Source: Pseudomonadota bacterium (lineage in GTDB: Bacteria > Pseudomonadota > Alphaproteobacteria > SMXQ01). Taken from it: a DNA stretch of 64,000 nt. Position 1 is the stretch's first letter. Every line of letters starts with the position of its first letter. Positions 36,826-46,794 of the stretch are shown in pieces. A model generated the notes under the pieces. It saw nothing but the letters and a program-made list of their open reading frames with translations. It did not search any database and was not told where the DNA came from. The stretch covers positions 12,007-76,006 of the forward strand of contig JADFJG010000005.1 of the NCBI GenBank assembly GCA_022566265.1, read 5' to 3'. Position numbers and translations under genes: made by a program.

Positions 36826-37827
36826 TCATTGGACGATCAAGCGGGCCTCGGGGTAACCGGCGCCGATGACTCTTGCCAGCACCCTGTCCGCTTCCGGCAG
36901 CGAACTCATCGGCCCCAGCCTGACCCGGAACAGATAGTACTCGCCGATGGCGACCGTCGTCACCCTGGTGGGGCCGAATTCGGCCAGGATCGCCTTCAGC
37001 CGGTTGGCATTGTGATATTGCGAGAAGGCGCCCGCCTGGACGTAAATCCTGGTGGGTTCGACGGGTACGATCGTCACCTTCGCGTCCCTGGCGGCCAGGG
37101 ACCCGTTGCGCCTGGCGATGGGTCTCCTGGCCGGCGCCGGCTTGGCGGCGCGCTTCGTGCCGTTCTCGGTCACGGGCGCTGGTTTGGCCGCGGCCTTCAT
37201 GCCGGGCGGCGGCGGTAGCGGTTCGGAGGCGATTCTGGCCCTCGAGGCCGCCTTGACGCCGTTCTTCTCCGCCACCTTGGTGGCGTTCCCGCCGGTCATC
37301 TCGGCCGCCATGCGCCGGCTTTCCGCCGCCAATATCTCGACCCGGACCTTGGCCGTCCCGTCGCGTTCGAATCCGAGAAGCTGGGCGCCACGGCGCGAGA
37401 GATCGATGATGCGGCCGCGCTTGAACGGTCCCCGGTCGTTGACGCGAAGCGAAATCGAGCGGCCGTTCTCCAGGTTGGTCACCTGTACCACGCTTGGCAT
37501 CGGCAGCGTCCGATGGGCCGCGGTCACCCGGTTCATGTCATAGATTTCACCGTTGGCGGTGGGGCGGCCATGGAAATCGGCGCCGTACCAAGAAGCGATA
37601 CCGGTTTCCGAATAATCGTAATCGACCGCGGGATAGTACCAGACACCCGAAACCTCATAGGGCTTGCCGATCTTGTAGACGGCGTCCTCTCGCCCGGTGG
37701 GTTCATCGCCGCCGATGCCGCCGATCTTCTTGGCGGTGTGAAAAACCAACTCCGTGGTCGCGCAAGCATTGAGAAGGACGCTTGCGGCGACGACGATCAG
37801 CCCGAGGAAGCGGTGTGTTGAGGCCAT
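36826..37827 (-). CDS. rlpA: Septal ring lytic transglycosylase RlpA with C-terminal SPOR domain
   Basis: DPBB domain (GIASWYGADFHGRPTANGEIYD) and SPOR domain (IYVQAGAFSQYHNANRL). Confidence 0.8.
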   Translation of the reverse strand: MASTHRFLGLIVVAASVLLNACATTELVFHTAKKIGGIGGDEPTGREDAVYKIGKPYEVSGVWYYPAVDYDYSETGIASWYGADFHGRPTANGEIYDMNRVTAAHRTLPMPSVVQVTNLENGRSISLRVNDRGPFKRGRIIDLSRRGAQLLGFERDGTAKVRVEILAAESRRMAAEMTGGNATKVAEKNGVKAASRARIASEPLPPPPGMKAAAKPAPVTENGTKRAAKPAPARRPIARRNGSLAARDAKVTIVPVEPTRIYVQAGAFSQYHNANRLKAILAEFGPTRVTTVAIGEYYLFRVRLGPMSSLPEADRVLARVIGAGYPEARLIVQ

Positions 37828-37868
37828 ATATTGTAGCCGCTGCGAATTCAGCCCATTGATATAGTAGT

Positions 37869-38906
37869 CTAGCCGCCTTTAATGCGGTCGGCAAGCAGTC
37901 CCACCGCGGTGGCGAAAAGAATCGAACAGTTCCATTTGAGCGCCGCGCGGAAGTTGTCGTAGACCAGGAACGCGGTGCCGCCGGGGCCGTCCGGCAGCAC
38001 CAGCGACGCCGCCAGGTCCGGCCTCGGCAGCGCGCCGCCGTCGGCGCGGCGAACGCCCAAGCGCTGCCATTCGGACAGGCGCTTTCGCACCGTCAGGTGC
38101 TTCAACGCCCGGCAGCCCTTGGGCCGCTTGGACGGCATCAGGGCGGCGGCGTCGAATCCTCGCGGCAGTTTGACTTCGCGGCCCCACGTCTGGTCATCCC
38201 GCCAACCGGAGCGCTTGAGATAGTTCGCCGCCGAGGCGAACACGTCGGCCTCGGTGTCCCAGATGTCGCGCCTGCCGTCACCATCGAAATCGACGGCGAA
38301 GTTGAGAAAGCTGGATGGCATGAACTGGCTTTGGCCCATGGCGCCGGCCCACGATCCCTTCATCGCGGCGACCGAGATGTGCCCCTGATCGAGAATCAGG
38401 AGGGCGTTGAATAGTTCCTTCCGGAAGTAAGCGCCGCGCCGGCCGTCATGGGCGAGCGTCGCCAGGGCCGCGACCACGGAATAACCGCCCGTGTGGCGGC
38501 CGAAACCGGACTCGATCCCCCAGAGCGCGACGATGAAGCGCGGCTGGACCCCAAACTTGGCGCCGACTCGGCGCAACAGATCACGGTGTTCGGAGAATTT
38601 CCGCTTGCCCTTTTCGACGCGCGACGGCGGTACCATGTTGGCGAGGTACTTCTTCAAGGTCATGGTGAATTCGGGCTGATGCCGGTCATGCTCGATCACC
38701 CGGGCAATCGGCGTCAACCCGGTAAGGGCGGCGTCGAGCGTGGCCTTGGAGATGCCGCGCTCAAGGCCTTCTTCATAGACTCCCTTGAGCCAGGTGGCGA
38801 AATCGGTCTCGGTGGCGCCCGGCGCCGGCGCCCCGAGCCCGGCAAACAGCAGGACCGTGACGGCGGCGAGAAGTTTCAAACGGCGCTGGGCCTCGAATAT
38901 CATCAT
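37869..38906 (-). CDS. Lytic murein transglycosylase (MltB family)
   Basis: Signal peptide, GIESGFG catalytic-region motif, GAMGQSQFMPSSF. Confidence 0.75.
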   Translation of the reverse strand: MMIFEAQRRLKLLAAVTVLLFAGLGAPAPGATETDFATWLKGVYEEGLERGISKATLDAALTGLTPIARVIEHDRHQPEFTMTLKKYLANMVPPSRVEKGKRKFSEHRDLLRRVGAKFGVQPRFIVALWGIESGFGRHTGGYSVVAALATLAHDGRRGAYFRKELFNALLILDQGHISVAAMKGSWAGAMGQSQFMPSSFLNFAVDFDGDGRRDIWDTEADVFASAANYLKRSGWRDDQTWGREVKLPRGFDAAALMPSKRPKGCRALKHLTVRKRLSEWQRLGVRRADGGALPRPDLAASLVLPDGPGGTAFLVYDNFRAALKWNCSILFATAVGLLADRIKGG

Positions 38907-38968
38907 GTCGCGCTCATCCGTCGATATTCAGGGCGGAACTTGTGCCACAGTAACCGGCGCGAGGCAAA

Positions 38969-39421
38969 TCATAACAAAGTGTGGGCCGAAACGACCGCGC
39001 CGCCGGGCGCGATATTGTCGAGGACGAAGCGCTGCCAATTACCATCGGGCGATGCACACGCCGCCCCGCTCGGCTCGCATGACAAGGTGATGCCCTGGAG
39101 GCGCCAGAGCTTGCGCCAAACGCCGATATCCGTGATAGCCAGGCCGTAGAACCGGCGGCGAATGTTCCGTTCCACCTGCCTCCTGCCGATGGTGGCGTAG
39201 ATCGACGCGCCCGCCGCGATCGCGCCGACGCCGGCATAGGCGCCCCCAAGCCACCAGACCAGTAGGGCAGCCGCCATCAGACCGTAGATCCACCTTGTCG
39301 ACTCGGCCTGGATGGAGATCGGTGAATCGACGTCATCGAGCTTCCTCGGATCGAGCCCGATGGTGACCCGGCCGTCCGCCTCCGCCGCACGCAGCATCTC
39401 CAGGAGGTCGGTGTCTTCCAT
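38969..39421 (-). CDS. Hypothetical small membrane protein
   Basis: 150 aa with a central hydrophobic region WIYGLMAAALLVWWLGGAYAGVGAIAAGASIY. No recognisable domain. Confidence 0.4.
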   Translation of the reverse strand: MEDTDLLEMLRAAEADGRVTIGLDPRKLDDVDSPISIQAESTRWIYGLMAAALLVWWLGGAYAGVGAIAAGASIYATIGRRQVERNIRRRFYGLAITDIGVWRKLWRLQGITLSCEPSGAACASPDGNWQRFVLDNIAPGGAVVSAHTLL

Positions 39422-39653
39422 CCTCGCGGTCTTCCCTACTTCCGGCCGTTGGCGCCCGGGCGCTCACCTTTGCACTTGACGGCGTTGCGTGTAAACGTGG
39501 CGCTGGTTAAGATACCACCACGGGCCGGCGCCACGACAATTCGCCGCCGGTCGTGCGATATCGGGGTGATTGCCGGAATTCAGTCCACCGCCATTCCCGC
39601 CGGTCCACTCCGGATCAACTCCCGAGGCTTGAACGACTATTGGACAGAAGGCC

Positions 39654-40238
39654 ATGAAACATTTTCTCAACCGCACTCTCGCCGCCGCCGCCGTCCTGGC
39701 GATGCTGGCCGGTCCCCAGGCCCATGGCGCCGAAGCGGGCAAGGCGGCGGAAGACGATACCTTCGATGAACAGACGATCCTGGAGACGGCGACGGGTTTC
39801 TTCGGCGACACCACCAAGGGGTTGGCCAAGGTCATCCAGAAGGTGTTCCAGGACCAGGGACGCCCCAACGGCTTTATCACCGGAGAGGAAGGCAGCGGCG
39901 CCTTCATCGTCGGCTTGCGTTACGGCAACGGCATGTTGAATCGGAAGAAACACGCGCCGAGGAAGGTCTACTGGCAGGGGCCGTCGATCGGCTTCGACGT
40001 CGGCGGCAACGCCTCCAAGGTGTTCGTCCTGATCTATCATCTCCAGGGCCCGGACAGCATTTTCCAGCGCTTTCCCGGAATCGAGGGAACTTTTTACTTC
40101 GTCGCCGGCGTCGGCGTGAACTACCAACAAAGCGGCAAGATCATCCTCGCCCCCATCCGCACCGGCGTCGGGCTGCGCGCCGGCGCCAACATCGGCTACC
40201 TCCACTACACCAGAAAGCATTCCTGGGTGCCGTTCTAG
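39654..40238 (+). CDS. Secreted protein of unknown function (DUF1134-like)
   Basis: Signal peptide MKHFLNRTLAAAAVLAMLAGPQAHGAEA. Gly-rich beta-type composition; about 190 aa mature protein. Confidence 0.5.
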   Translation: MKHFLNRTLAAAAVLAMLAGPQAHGAEAGKAAEDDTFDEQTILETATGFFGDTTKGLAKVIQKVFQDQGRPNGFITGEEGSGAFIVGLRYGNGMLNRKKHAPRKVYWQGPSIGFDVGGNASKVFVLIYHLQGPDSIFQRFPGIEGTFYFVAGVGVNYQQSGKIILAPIRTGVGLRAGANIGYLHYTRKHSWVPF

Positions 40239-40548
40239 TTCAACGCGGCACCCGGTTCTGACAGGAGTATCGAGCGGCTCCGCCCCGCCCTGGGCTTTGC
40301 CCGTCCCTCAATCGCCGGTGACCCGAGCCGTTCCGTCGCCGGCGCAAAATTTCGCCTTGCCGCCGCCGATCGACGGCCGCGGTTCATCCCTGGCGTTGGG
40401 GCCGAGCACCTCGGACCACCGAAAAGGGGTCAAGACCGGATTTTCAGGCTCGTTTCGACCGCTTAGGGCCGCATAGCGGACCCTATGGGGGCGGAGCGTG
40501 ATGGGCCGCTCAGATCCAACCCGCACCTTCACCGCGCACCAGCATCCC

Positions 40549-42042
40549 TCAGGGTTCGATCCCCTTGAGGAGTCCCCTGAGCGCCCGGATCAAGTTGGCG
40601 ACGATGGTGGCGAACCCGGCGAACAGCAGGACGGCGACGATCGGCCGGCTGATGAACACCCACATGTCGTAACTCACCATCTGCATGGCCTGGGCGAAGT
40701 TCTCCTCCCCCAGCTTGCCGAGGATGAGGCCGAGGATGATGCCGGCAACCGAATATCCGGTGCGCCTCAGCAGATAGGCGAGGAGACCGGCGACGAACAT
40801 GACCAGCACGTCCATGGGCAGGCCGCGCACCGCGTAGGCGCCGATGGTGGAAAGCAGCAGGATCGCCGGCGCCAGGTACTGGAACGGGATCTTCAACAGG
40901 TGCAGCACCGTCTTGGTTTCGAGGAATCCCAGCACCAGGATGGCGATGTTGGCGTAGAACATGGCGGCGAAGACGACCCACACCAGCTCGCTGGAATTGA
41001 TGAAGACCAGGGGCCCCGGCTCGATGTCGTGCATCTGGAAGACGCCGACCATCATCGCCGTCAGCGCCCCGCCCGGCAGGCCCAGCGCCAGCAGCGGTAT
41101 CATGGCGGCGCCCGTGGCCGCGTTGTTGGCGGTCTCGGACGCCACCACGCCTTCCAGTTCGCCGCGGCCGAATTTCTCCGGCGTCTTGGACCAGCGGACG
41201 GCCTCGTTGTAACTGAGGAAGGCGGCCAGCGTGGCGCCGATTCCGGGCAGGATGCCGGCGAAAAATCCGAGCCCCACCGATCGGGCGACGGCGACTTTGA
41301 GCTTCCAGAATTCGGCCACGGAAGGGAAACCGGTGGCGAACTTGGGCATGTCGTAGATGCCGCGCACCCGTTTTTCGGCCTGCACGAAGACCTCCGAGAC
41401 GGCGAAAAAACCGAGGATGATGGGAATGAAGTGAAGGCCCGCCATAAGATAGACATAGTCGAAGTTGTAGCGTTCGATGCCGGCCACCGGGTCCAGCCCG
41501 ACGGTCGCGATCATCAGGCCCAGCCCCACCGACAGCCAGCCCTTCCACAGGGTCTTGGCGCCCACCGACGAGGCGACGGCGATGCCGAAGAAGACCAGGG
41601 CGAAGATTTCCGGCGGGCCGACATAGACCACCGCCACTTCCGCCAGCAAGGGCGTCGCCAACATCATCAGCAGCACCGAACAGGTGCCGCCGAAGGCCGA
41701 ACAGATCACCGCGGCGCCGATGGCCTTGCCGGCCTCGCCTTTCTGGGTCATCGGATAGCCGTCGAAGGCGGTCGGCGCGTTCTCCGGCGCGCCCGGTATG
41801 TTGAACAGGATGGCCGTCACCGCGCCGCCGTAGGTGCCCGAACAATAGAGCACCGAATAGAACATGATGGCGTCGGAAGCCGACAGCAGTCCCGAGAAAG
41901 GCAGGAAGATGGCGGCCAGGGTCAGCATGTTGATGCCGGGGATGGCGCCGAACAGCAGTCCGCCGATCAGCCCGCAGAAGAATATAAGGACGCTGAGGGG
42001 GTTGCCGAACAGGGTCAGGGTGCCGCCGATAAAAGCTTCCAT
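40549..42042 (-). CDS. tctA: Tripartite tricarboxylate transporter large permease
   Basis: 497 aa with about 12 TM helices; TctA-family repeats. Confidence 0.85.
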   Translation of the reverse strand: MEAFIGGTLTLFGNPLSVLIFFCGLIGGLLFGAIPGINMLTLAAIFLPFSGLLSASDAIMFYSVLYCSGTYGGAVTAILFNIPGAPENAPTAFDGYPMTQKGEAGKAIGAAVICSAFGGTCSVLLMMLATPLLAEVAVVYVGPPEIFALVFFGIAVASSVGAKTLWKGWLSVGLGLMIATVGLDPVAGIERYNFDYVYLMAGLHFIPIILGFFAVSEVFVQAEKRVRGIYDMPKFATGFPSVAEFWKLKVAVARSVGLGFFAGILPGIGATLAAFLSYNEAVRWSKTPEKFGRGELEGVVASETANNAATGAAMIPLLALGLPGGALTAMMVGVFQMHDIEPGPLVFINSSELVWVVFAAMFYANIAILVLGFLETKTVLHLLKIPFQYLAPAILLLSTIGAYAVRGLPMDVLVMFVAGLLAYLLRRTGYSVAGIILGLILGKLGEENFAQAMQMVSYDMWVFISRPIVAVLLFAGFATIVANLIRALRGLLKGIEP

Positions 42043-42061
42043 GATATTCCCCGCCCGCCGC

Positions 42062-42592
42062 TCAGCGGATCAGGACGATCAGCCAGTTGCTGAAATCGTA
42101 GAACCCCGGCCAGTAGCCGACAGGCAGGCCGACGTAGAGAATCCGGGTGAAGATGAAGGTCACCACCGCGTAGATCACCAGCGGCACCAGGATCAGCGGC
42201 CGCGCCGCCCGCACGCCGGTCATGTAGAGGTAGGCGGCGAGGAACAGCGGCGTGGTGAAGTAGTACCCGGTGCCGTTGAGCAGGCCGGCGTAGACGATGG
42301 GGAGGGCCAGGGTAATCCCCATGCGAAGGTAGAACCGGGGCCCGTGTTCGGAAAACTTGCCGGAAGCGCCGGGATCGTGGCGGGCGGCCGGGGGGGCCGC
42401 CTTCAGGTTCTGGAGGAACTGGCCGAGGGCGGCGACGACGATCAGCCCGATCACCACCCGGGGCCAACCGGCGGCGCCGAACCTGTACATCTCTATTTCC
42501 CGGTCGAAGGTGAAGCTCGCCGCGTAGGCGAACGCGGCGAAGGCGATCCACACGAACACCTCGAACCATTGGCCGGGGGTCGGTCGGCTCAT
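42062..42592 (-). CDS. tctB: Tripartite tricarboxylate transporter small permease
   Basis: 176 aa with 4 TM helices, directly upstream of tctA. Confidence 0.7.
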   Translation of the reverse strand: MSRPTPGQWFEVFVWIAFAAFAYAASFTFDREIEMYRFGAAGWPRVVIGLIVVAALGQFLQNLKAAPPAARHDPGASGKFSEHGPRFYLRMGITLALPIVYAGLLNGTGYYFTTPLFLAAYLYMTGVRAARPLILVPLVIYAVVTFIFTRILYVGLPVGYWPGFYDFSNWLIVLIR

Positions 42593-42671
42593 GCGGGGGC
42601 CCCTTCAAGGCGAACTCCGGCGGGGCCTTGTCCCCGCCGGAGCCCGGTTTAGGTCTGTCAAGGAGCAGGGG

Positions 42672-43694
42672 TTACTTGACCAATCCCATTTCCTTATAAA
42701 CCTTCTTGTAAACGCCCATGGTATCGTTGATCAGCTTCCTGGCGCCTTCGGTGTCCCGGAAGCTGGGGATCAGGTCCATGAACTTCTTCTTGTTGAAGGC
42801 CTGGTAGCTGTCCGTGTGGTACCCCTTCTGGAAGGCCCACTGGAGGTACTTCACCCGGTCCGCCGGCGCGTTCTTGTTGATGTAGAACCCGCGGAAACGC
42901 ATCAGCGGCGTGAAGGTGAGGCCCACGTCCTTCATCGAGGGCACCTTGGCGAATGCCGATGGGCGGTCGAACAGAAGGGTCAGAATGGGCTTGAAGTCGC
43001 CGCTTTCCAGGAACCCGCGCACGTCGCCCGGTTGCTCGAAAAGAGCGTCAACCTGGCCGCCCTTGAGGGCGCCGTACCTTTGGCCGGGCTTGTCGAAGCT
43101 GACCTGCTGCACCTTGAAGCCGAAGTGGCCGGCGATGCGGTTCATGTTGATCCGCTCCATCGAGCCTTCGCCCGAGACATTGGCGATGGTCGACTTGCCG
43201 CCCCGGCCCTTGACGAACTTGATGTAGGAGGCCCAGTCGTTGAAACGGGTCTCCTTGCCGCGGATGTAGATCTGGCTGAAGGTGATTTGGGAGATCACCA
43301 GCGGAATCAGGTCCTCGGCGGGATGGATCTTGCTCTTGCCGATGGCATAGGCGCTGGTCGCGTCGTCGATGGTCTCCAGCACCGTGTAGCCGTCGGCGGG
43401 CGCCGCCATGTAGGTCTTGAGTCCGACCATGCCGGAACCGCCCGGTTTGTAATCGGGGGTGATGTCGATGCCGGTGGCGTCCTTGACGCCCTGGATCATG
43501 GCGCGGGAAACCTGACCCGAACCGCCGCCGGGACCGTAAGGCACGATCATCGAGAGCGGCCGTTCGGGAAAGCCGCCGGGCTTCGCCATGGTGTCGGGCA
43601 GTTGGGCGGCCGCGGGCGCGCCGGCGAACCCGGCGCCGAGAAGACCGACCAGCAGTCCGAGGACCGATCGCCGCAAAAGATTCCAAGTATGCAT
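42672..43694 (-). CDS. tctC: Tripartite tricarboxylate transporter substrate-binding protein
   Basis: Signal peptide; Bug/TctC family SBP of 340 aa. Confidence 0.8.
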   Translation of the reverse strand: MHTWNLLRRSVLGLLVGLLGAGFAGAPAAAQLPDTMAKPGGFPERPLSMIVPYGPGGGSGQVSRAMIQGVKDATGIDITPDYKPGGSGMVGLKTYMAAPADGYTVLETIDDATSAYAIGKSKIHPAEDLIPLVISQITFSQIYIRGKETRFNDWASYIKFVKGRGGKSTIANVSGEGSMERINMNRIAGHFGFKVQQVSFDKPGQRYGALKGGQVDALFEQPGDVRGFLESGDFKPILTLLFDRPSAFAKVPSMKDVGLTFTPLMRFRGFYINKNAPADRVKYLQWAFQKGYHTDSYQAFNKKKFMDLIPSFRDTEGARKLINDTMGVYKKVYKEMGLVK

Positions 43695-43869
43695 GTTTGT
43701 ATCCTCCCTGTTGAGTTTCTATCCGGTTGTTTCGTCCGGCTCCGGAGTGGCGCTCAGGCCAGGTGGATTCTTTCTCCGGAACCTCCGCACGACTCATGTT
43801 TGGCTGATTTGTAGCAGAATTTTAGTTGCCAAGCGAACAGGATAATTCGCTCACGGCCGGGGCCGCCGG

Positions 43870-44733
43870 TCAGACCGGCCGCGACCCCTTGACCTGGGTC
43901 CTCAGCATCAGCCGCCGCGCATCGGCGTCGAAGGCGTCGCGGCGGTGCAGGGTACAGCGGTTGTCCCAGACGACGAGATCGCCCGGCGCCCACTGGTGGC
44001 GCCAGGTGAACTCGGGACGGGTCGCGAACGCCCAAAGCGCGTCGAGAAGCGCCTCGCTCGCCGCCAACCCCAGCCCGTCGATAGCGGCGTTCCGCCGCCT
44101 TCCCAGGAACAGGGCCTTGGCTCCGGTGGCGGGATGGGTGCGGATGATGGGATGGCTCGCGCCCGGCGCCTCTTGCGGATTTGCCGGCACCTCGAAACCC
44201 CGGCGCAACTGCCCGGCGCTGTCATGGCTGGCGTCGTGCTTGATCGCCCGCCCCTTGGCCCGGTCGCGCAACGCCGCCGGCAGCTCCTGGCAGGCGAGAT
44301 ACATGTTGGCGAAACCGGTATCGCCGCCCTCCTCGGGGACTTCCAGGGCGAAAAGCAGGCTGGCGCTCGGCGGTTCGGCGCGATAGGACATGTCGGTGTG
44401 CCAGGCCGCCTCGTAGGCGCCGAGCGCGCCGATGGGCTCGCCGTCCTCGATGATGTTCGAGATGACGGCGATTTCCGGATGCTCCGGGATCGACGGCATG
44501 CCCTGGGTGTCGACCGGCGCCGGGTCGAGCTCCCCGAAGCGGCGGCTGAACCGGCTCAAATCATCGGCCAAATCCTGGTCGCGGAAGACGAGGACGAGGT
44601 GGCGGTGCCACACCGTCCTGATCGCCTCGAAGGTCTGCCGGTCGATGTCGCGTAGATCCAGCCCGCGGATCTCCGCGCCCAACGCCCCGTCGGTCGGGAT
44701 GACTTCGATGCCGTGAGCGAGCGCTTCCGTCAT
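43870..44733 (-). CDS. TauD/TfdA-family Fe(II)/2-oxoglutarate dioxygenase
   Basis: HxD facial triad (AWHTD), distal His, and Arg in RxS context. 287 aa. Confidence 0.75.
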   Translation of the reverse strand: MTEALAHGIEVIPTDGALGAEIRGLDLRDIDRQTFEAIRTVWHRHLVLVFRDQDLADDLSRFSRRFGELDPAPVDTQGMPSIPEHPEIAVISNIIEDGEPIGALGAYEAAWHTDMSYRAEPPSASLLFALEVPEEGGDTGFANMYLACQELPAALRDRAKGRAIKHDASHDSAGQLRRGFEVPANPQEAPGASHPIIRTHPATGAKALFLGRRRNAAIDGLGLAASEALLDALWAFATRPEFTWRHQWAPGDLVVWDNRCTLHRRDAFDADARRLMLRTQVKGSRPV

Positions 44734-44847
44734 GCCGATCTCGCCTTGCCGCCTGGATACCGCCTTGGAACCGGTAAAATTTACGCGATTAGCGCCTTCG
44801 AGGCAATTTCACCGGCGCGCTAGCCCGGTAGGCGGATGGCACCGGGA

Positions 44848-45010
44848 AAACGCCGATCTTAATAAATAAGATACAGTTTGTATTTAATTCTCATAAATTA
44901 CCATAGTTAATATTGTATAAATACTAGCGGTTAACAATAATGGTTAAGTATATAGAAGTTATTTGTTGCAATTTGACTAACTTTTTGTTATCTTTCCCTT
45001 GTTAATTAAG
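44848..45010. other. Anomalously AT-rich intergenic island (about 25% GC in a 66% GC genome)
   Basis: aataaataagatacagtttgtatttaattctcataaattaccatagttaatattgtataaatactagcggttaacaataatggttaag... contains GTTAAC/GGTTAA motifs and a PacI-like TTAATTAA. Confidence 0.8.
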
Positions 45011-45114
45011 ACGGGCGTCCACGGAATACCGGCAATGGACGCATAAGACCATCGGGGTTAGGCGTCGCGGTACTCCAGGCGTTTCGTAGACGGGGCGTTT
45101 CGTAGACGGCAAGG

Positions 45115-46746
45115 ATGGGTATCATGCAGACGCAGATCACGGCCAAGGCGGTTGAACTGAAGGAAGCCTACCGGGACTACTTTCCTTACATTATCATCAC
45201 CGCCGCCATTTCGTTTTTCTATATCGTTGTCCAATTCCTGACGGTCGCTCAGTTGGCGACGTTCGCCGGCGCCGAGAACATCGGACAGGTGGGGCCGTCG
45301 TTCAATTGGGGCTATCAACTCATCGCCCTCGCCGCGATCGGTTGGCTTTCGGCCGCCGCCGGTCCCTACTTCGAGAATTGTTCATGGCGCCGGGTGGTCA
45401 CGGGGCTGGCGCTCTGGTCCGTCGGCGTGTTCGCGGTCATGCTCTATCTCCAGCAGGGATTCGGGGTCGCCATCGATTTCGCCCCCGTGGTGCTGTTGCC
45501 CCTATCGGTCTATATCTGCGCCCTGATCAAGCAGGTCTCGGCCAGGGAACGCCGATTGTTCTTCAAGGAAAGGGCGCTTAGCCATAAGGACACCCTGATC
45601 GGCAAGGTGTTGGAGACGACTTATGACGGCGTCGTCATCGCCGATTATCAAGGCAAGATCGTATACGCCAACAACACCGCCCTTCGCCTGTTCGGTTATG
45701 AGGCCGATGAAATCATCGGCTCCGAAATCGACATCCTCAGCCCGACGGCTCATCAGGGCCGCGTCGGCCGGGAGATTTCCCATTACCTGAACCAGGCCAG
45801 GGACGGCAAGTTATTCTCCAGGCCCTATGAAACCTCCGGCCTGCGCGCCGACGACACCAGCTTCTCGATGGATCTGCTGGTGGCGACCGCCTCCCTCGAG
45901 ATCGCCGATAGTCCATATGAGCGGCGCGAGGAGGACCGCCTCATGTATGTCTGCAACATGTGGGACGTAAGCGCGCGAAAGAAGATGGAGGATGCGCAGC
46001 GCTTGGCGCTCGAGACACAGGTGGTGGCGAACCGCGCCAAGAGCGAGTTCGTCGCCAACATGAGCCATGAATTGCGCACCCCGCTCAACGCGATTATCGG
46101 CTTTTCGGAAATGCTGACCCGCTCCTTTTTCGGAAAGCTCAACGAGAAGCAGGCGGAATATGTCAACGACATTCACTTCTCGGGCAGTCATCTATTGAAG
46201 CTGATCAACGACATCCTCGACATCTCCAAGATCGAGGCGGGTCATTCGGATCTCCAGGAAGAGGAAATCGAGGTCCGGGAAGTCGTCGAATCCTGTCTTA
46301 ATCTGGTCCGGCCCAGGGCCATGGATTCGAAGGTCTCACTCGCCGTCAGGGGAATCTCGCCGACGCACCTTCTCTATGCCGACGAGCGGAAGTTGAAGCA
46401 GGTGCTGATCAATCTGCTCTCCAACGCGGTCAAGTTCACGCCGCCGGGAGGCAGCATCGAGGTTTGCTCCGAAATCGAGCCGGACGGCGCCTACACCATC
46501 TCGGTCGTCGATTCCGGTGTCGGCATCGCGCCGGAGGACATCGAGACGGCCCTCGCCCCCTTCGGTCAGATCGACAGTGGTCTGGACCGGAAATACGAAG
46601 GCACGGGGCTTGGGTTGCCGCTGACGAAATCGTTGATCGAAGCCCACGGCGGCACCCTGACGCTGGAGAGCAGCCTCGGTGTCGGCACGACGATCAAGGT
46701 CAGGTTCCCTAGCGGACGATTGCGCGAATACCGCAAGGCCAGCTGA
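45115..46746 (+). CDS. Orphan membrane-bound PAS sensor histidine kinase
   Basis: 4-5 N-terminal TM helices, PAS (DGVVIADYQGKIVYANNTALRLFGY), HisKA (MSHELRTPLNAIIGFSEML), HATPase (GTGLGLPLTKSLIEAHGG). No adjacent response regulator. Lower GC than neighbours. Confidence 0.8.
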   Translation: MGIMQTQITAKAVELKEAYRDYFPYIIITAAISFFYIVVQFLTVAQLATFAGAENIGQVGPSFNWGYQLIALAAIGWLSAAAGPYFENCSWRRVVTGLALWSVGVFAVMLYLQQGFGVAIDFAPVVLLPLSVYICALIKQVSARERRLFFKERALSHKDTLIGKVLETTYDGVVIADYQGKIVYANNTALRLFGYEADEIIGSEIDILSPTAHQGRVGREISHYLNQARDGKLFSRPYETSGLRADDTSFSMDLLVATASLEIADSPYERREEDRLMYVCNMWDVSARKKMEDAQRLALETQVVANRAKSEFVANMSHELRTPLNAIIGFSEMLTRSFFGKLNEKQAEYVNDIHFSGSHLLKLINDILDISKIEAGHSDLQEEEIEVREVVESCLNLVRPRAMDSKVSLAVRGISPTHLLYADERKLKQVLINLLSNAVKFTPPGGSIEVCSEIEPDGAYTISVVDSGVGIAPEDIETALAPFGQIDSGLDRKYEGTGLGLPLTKSLIEAHGGTLTLESSLGVGTTIKVRFPSGRLREYRKAS

Positions 46747-46794
46747 TCCAACCCCCTCCATCGCCGCCGGCGCCCCGATGGACGCCGGCGGGCT

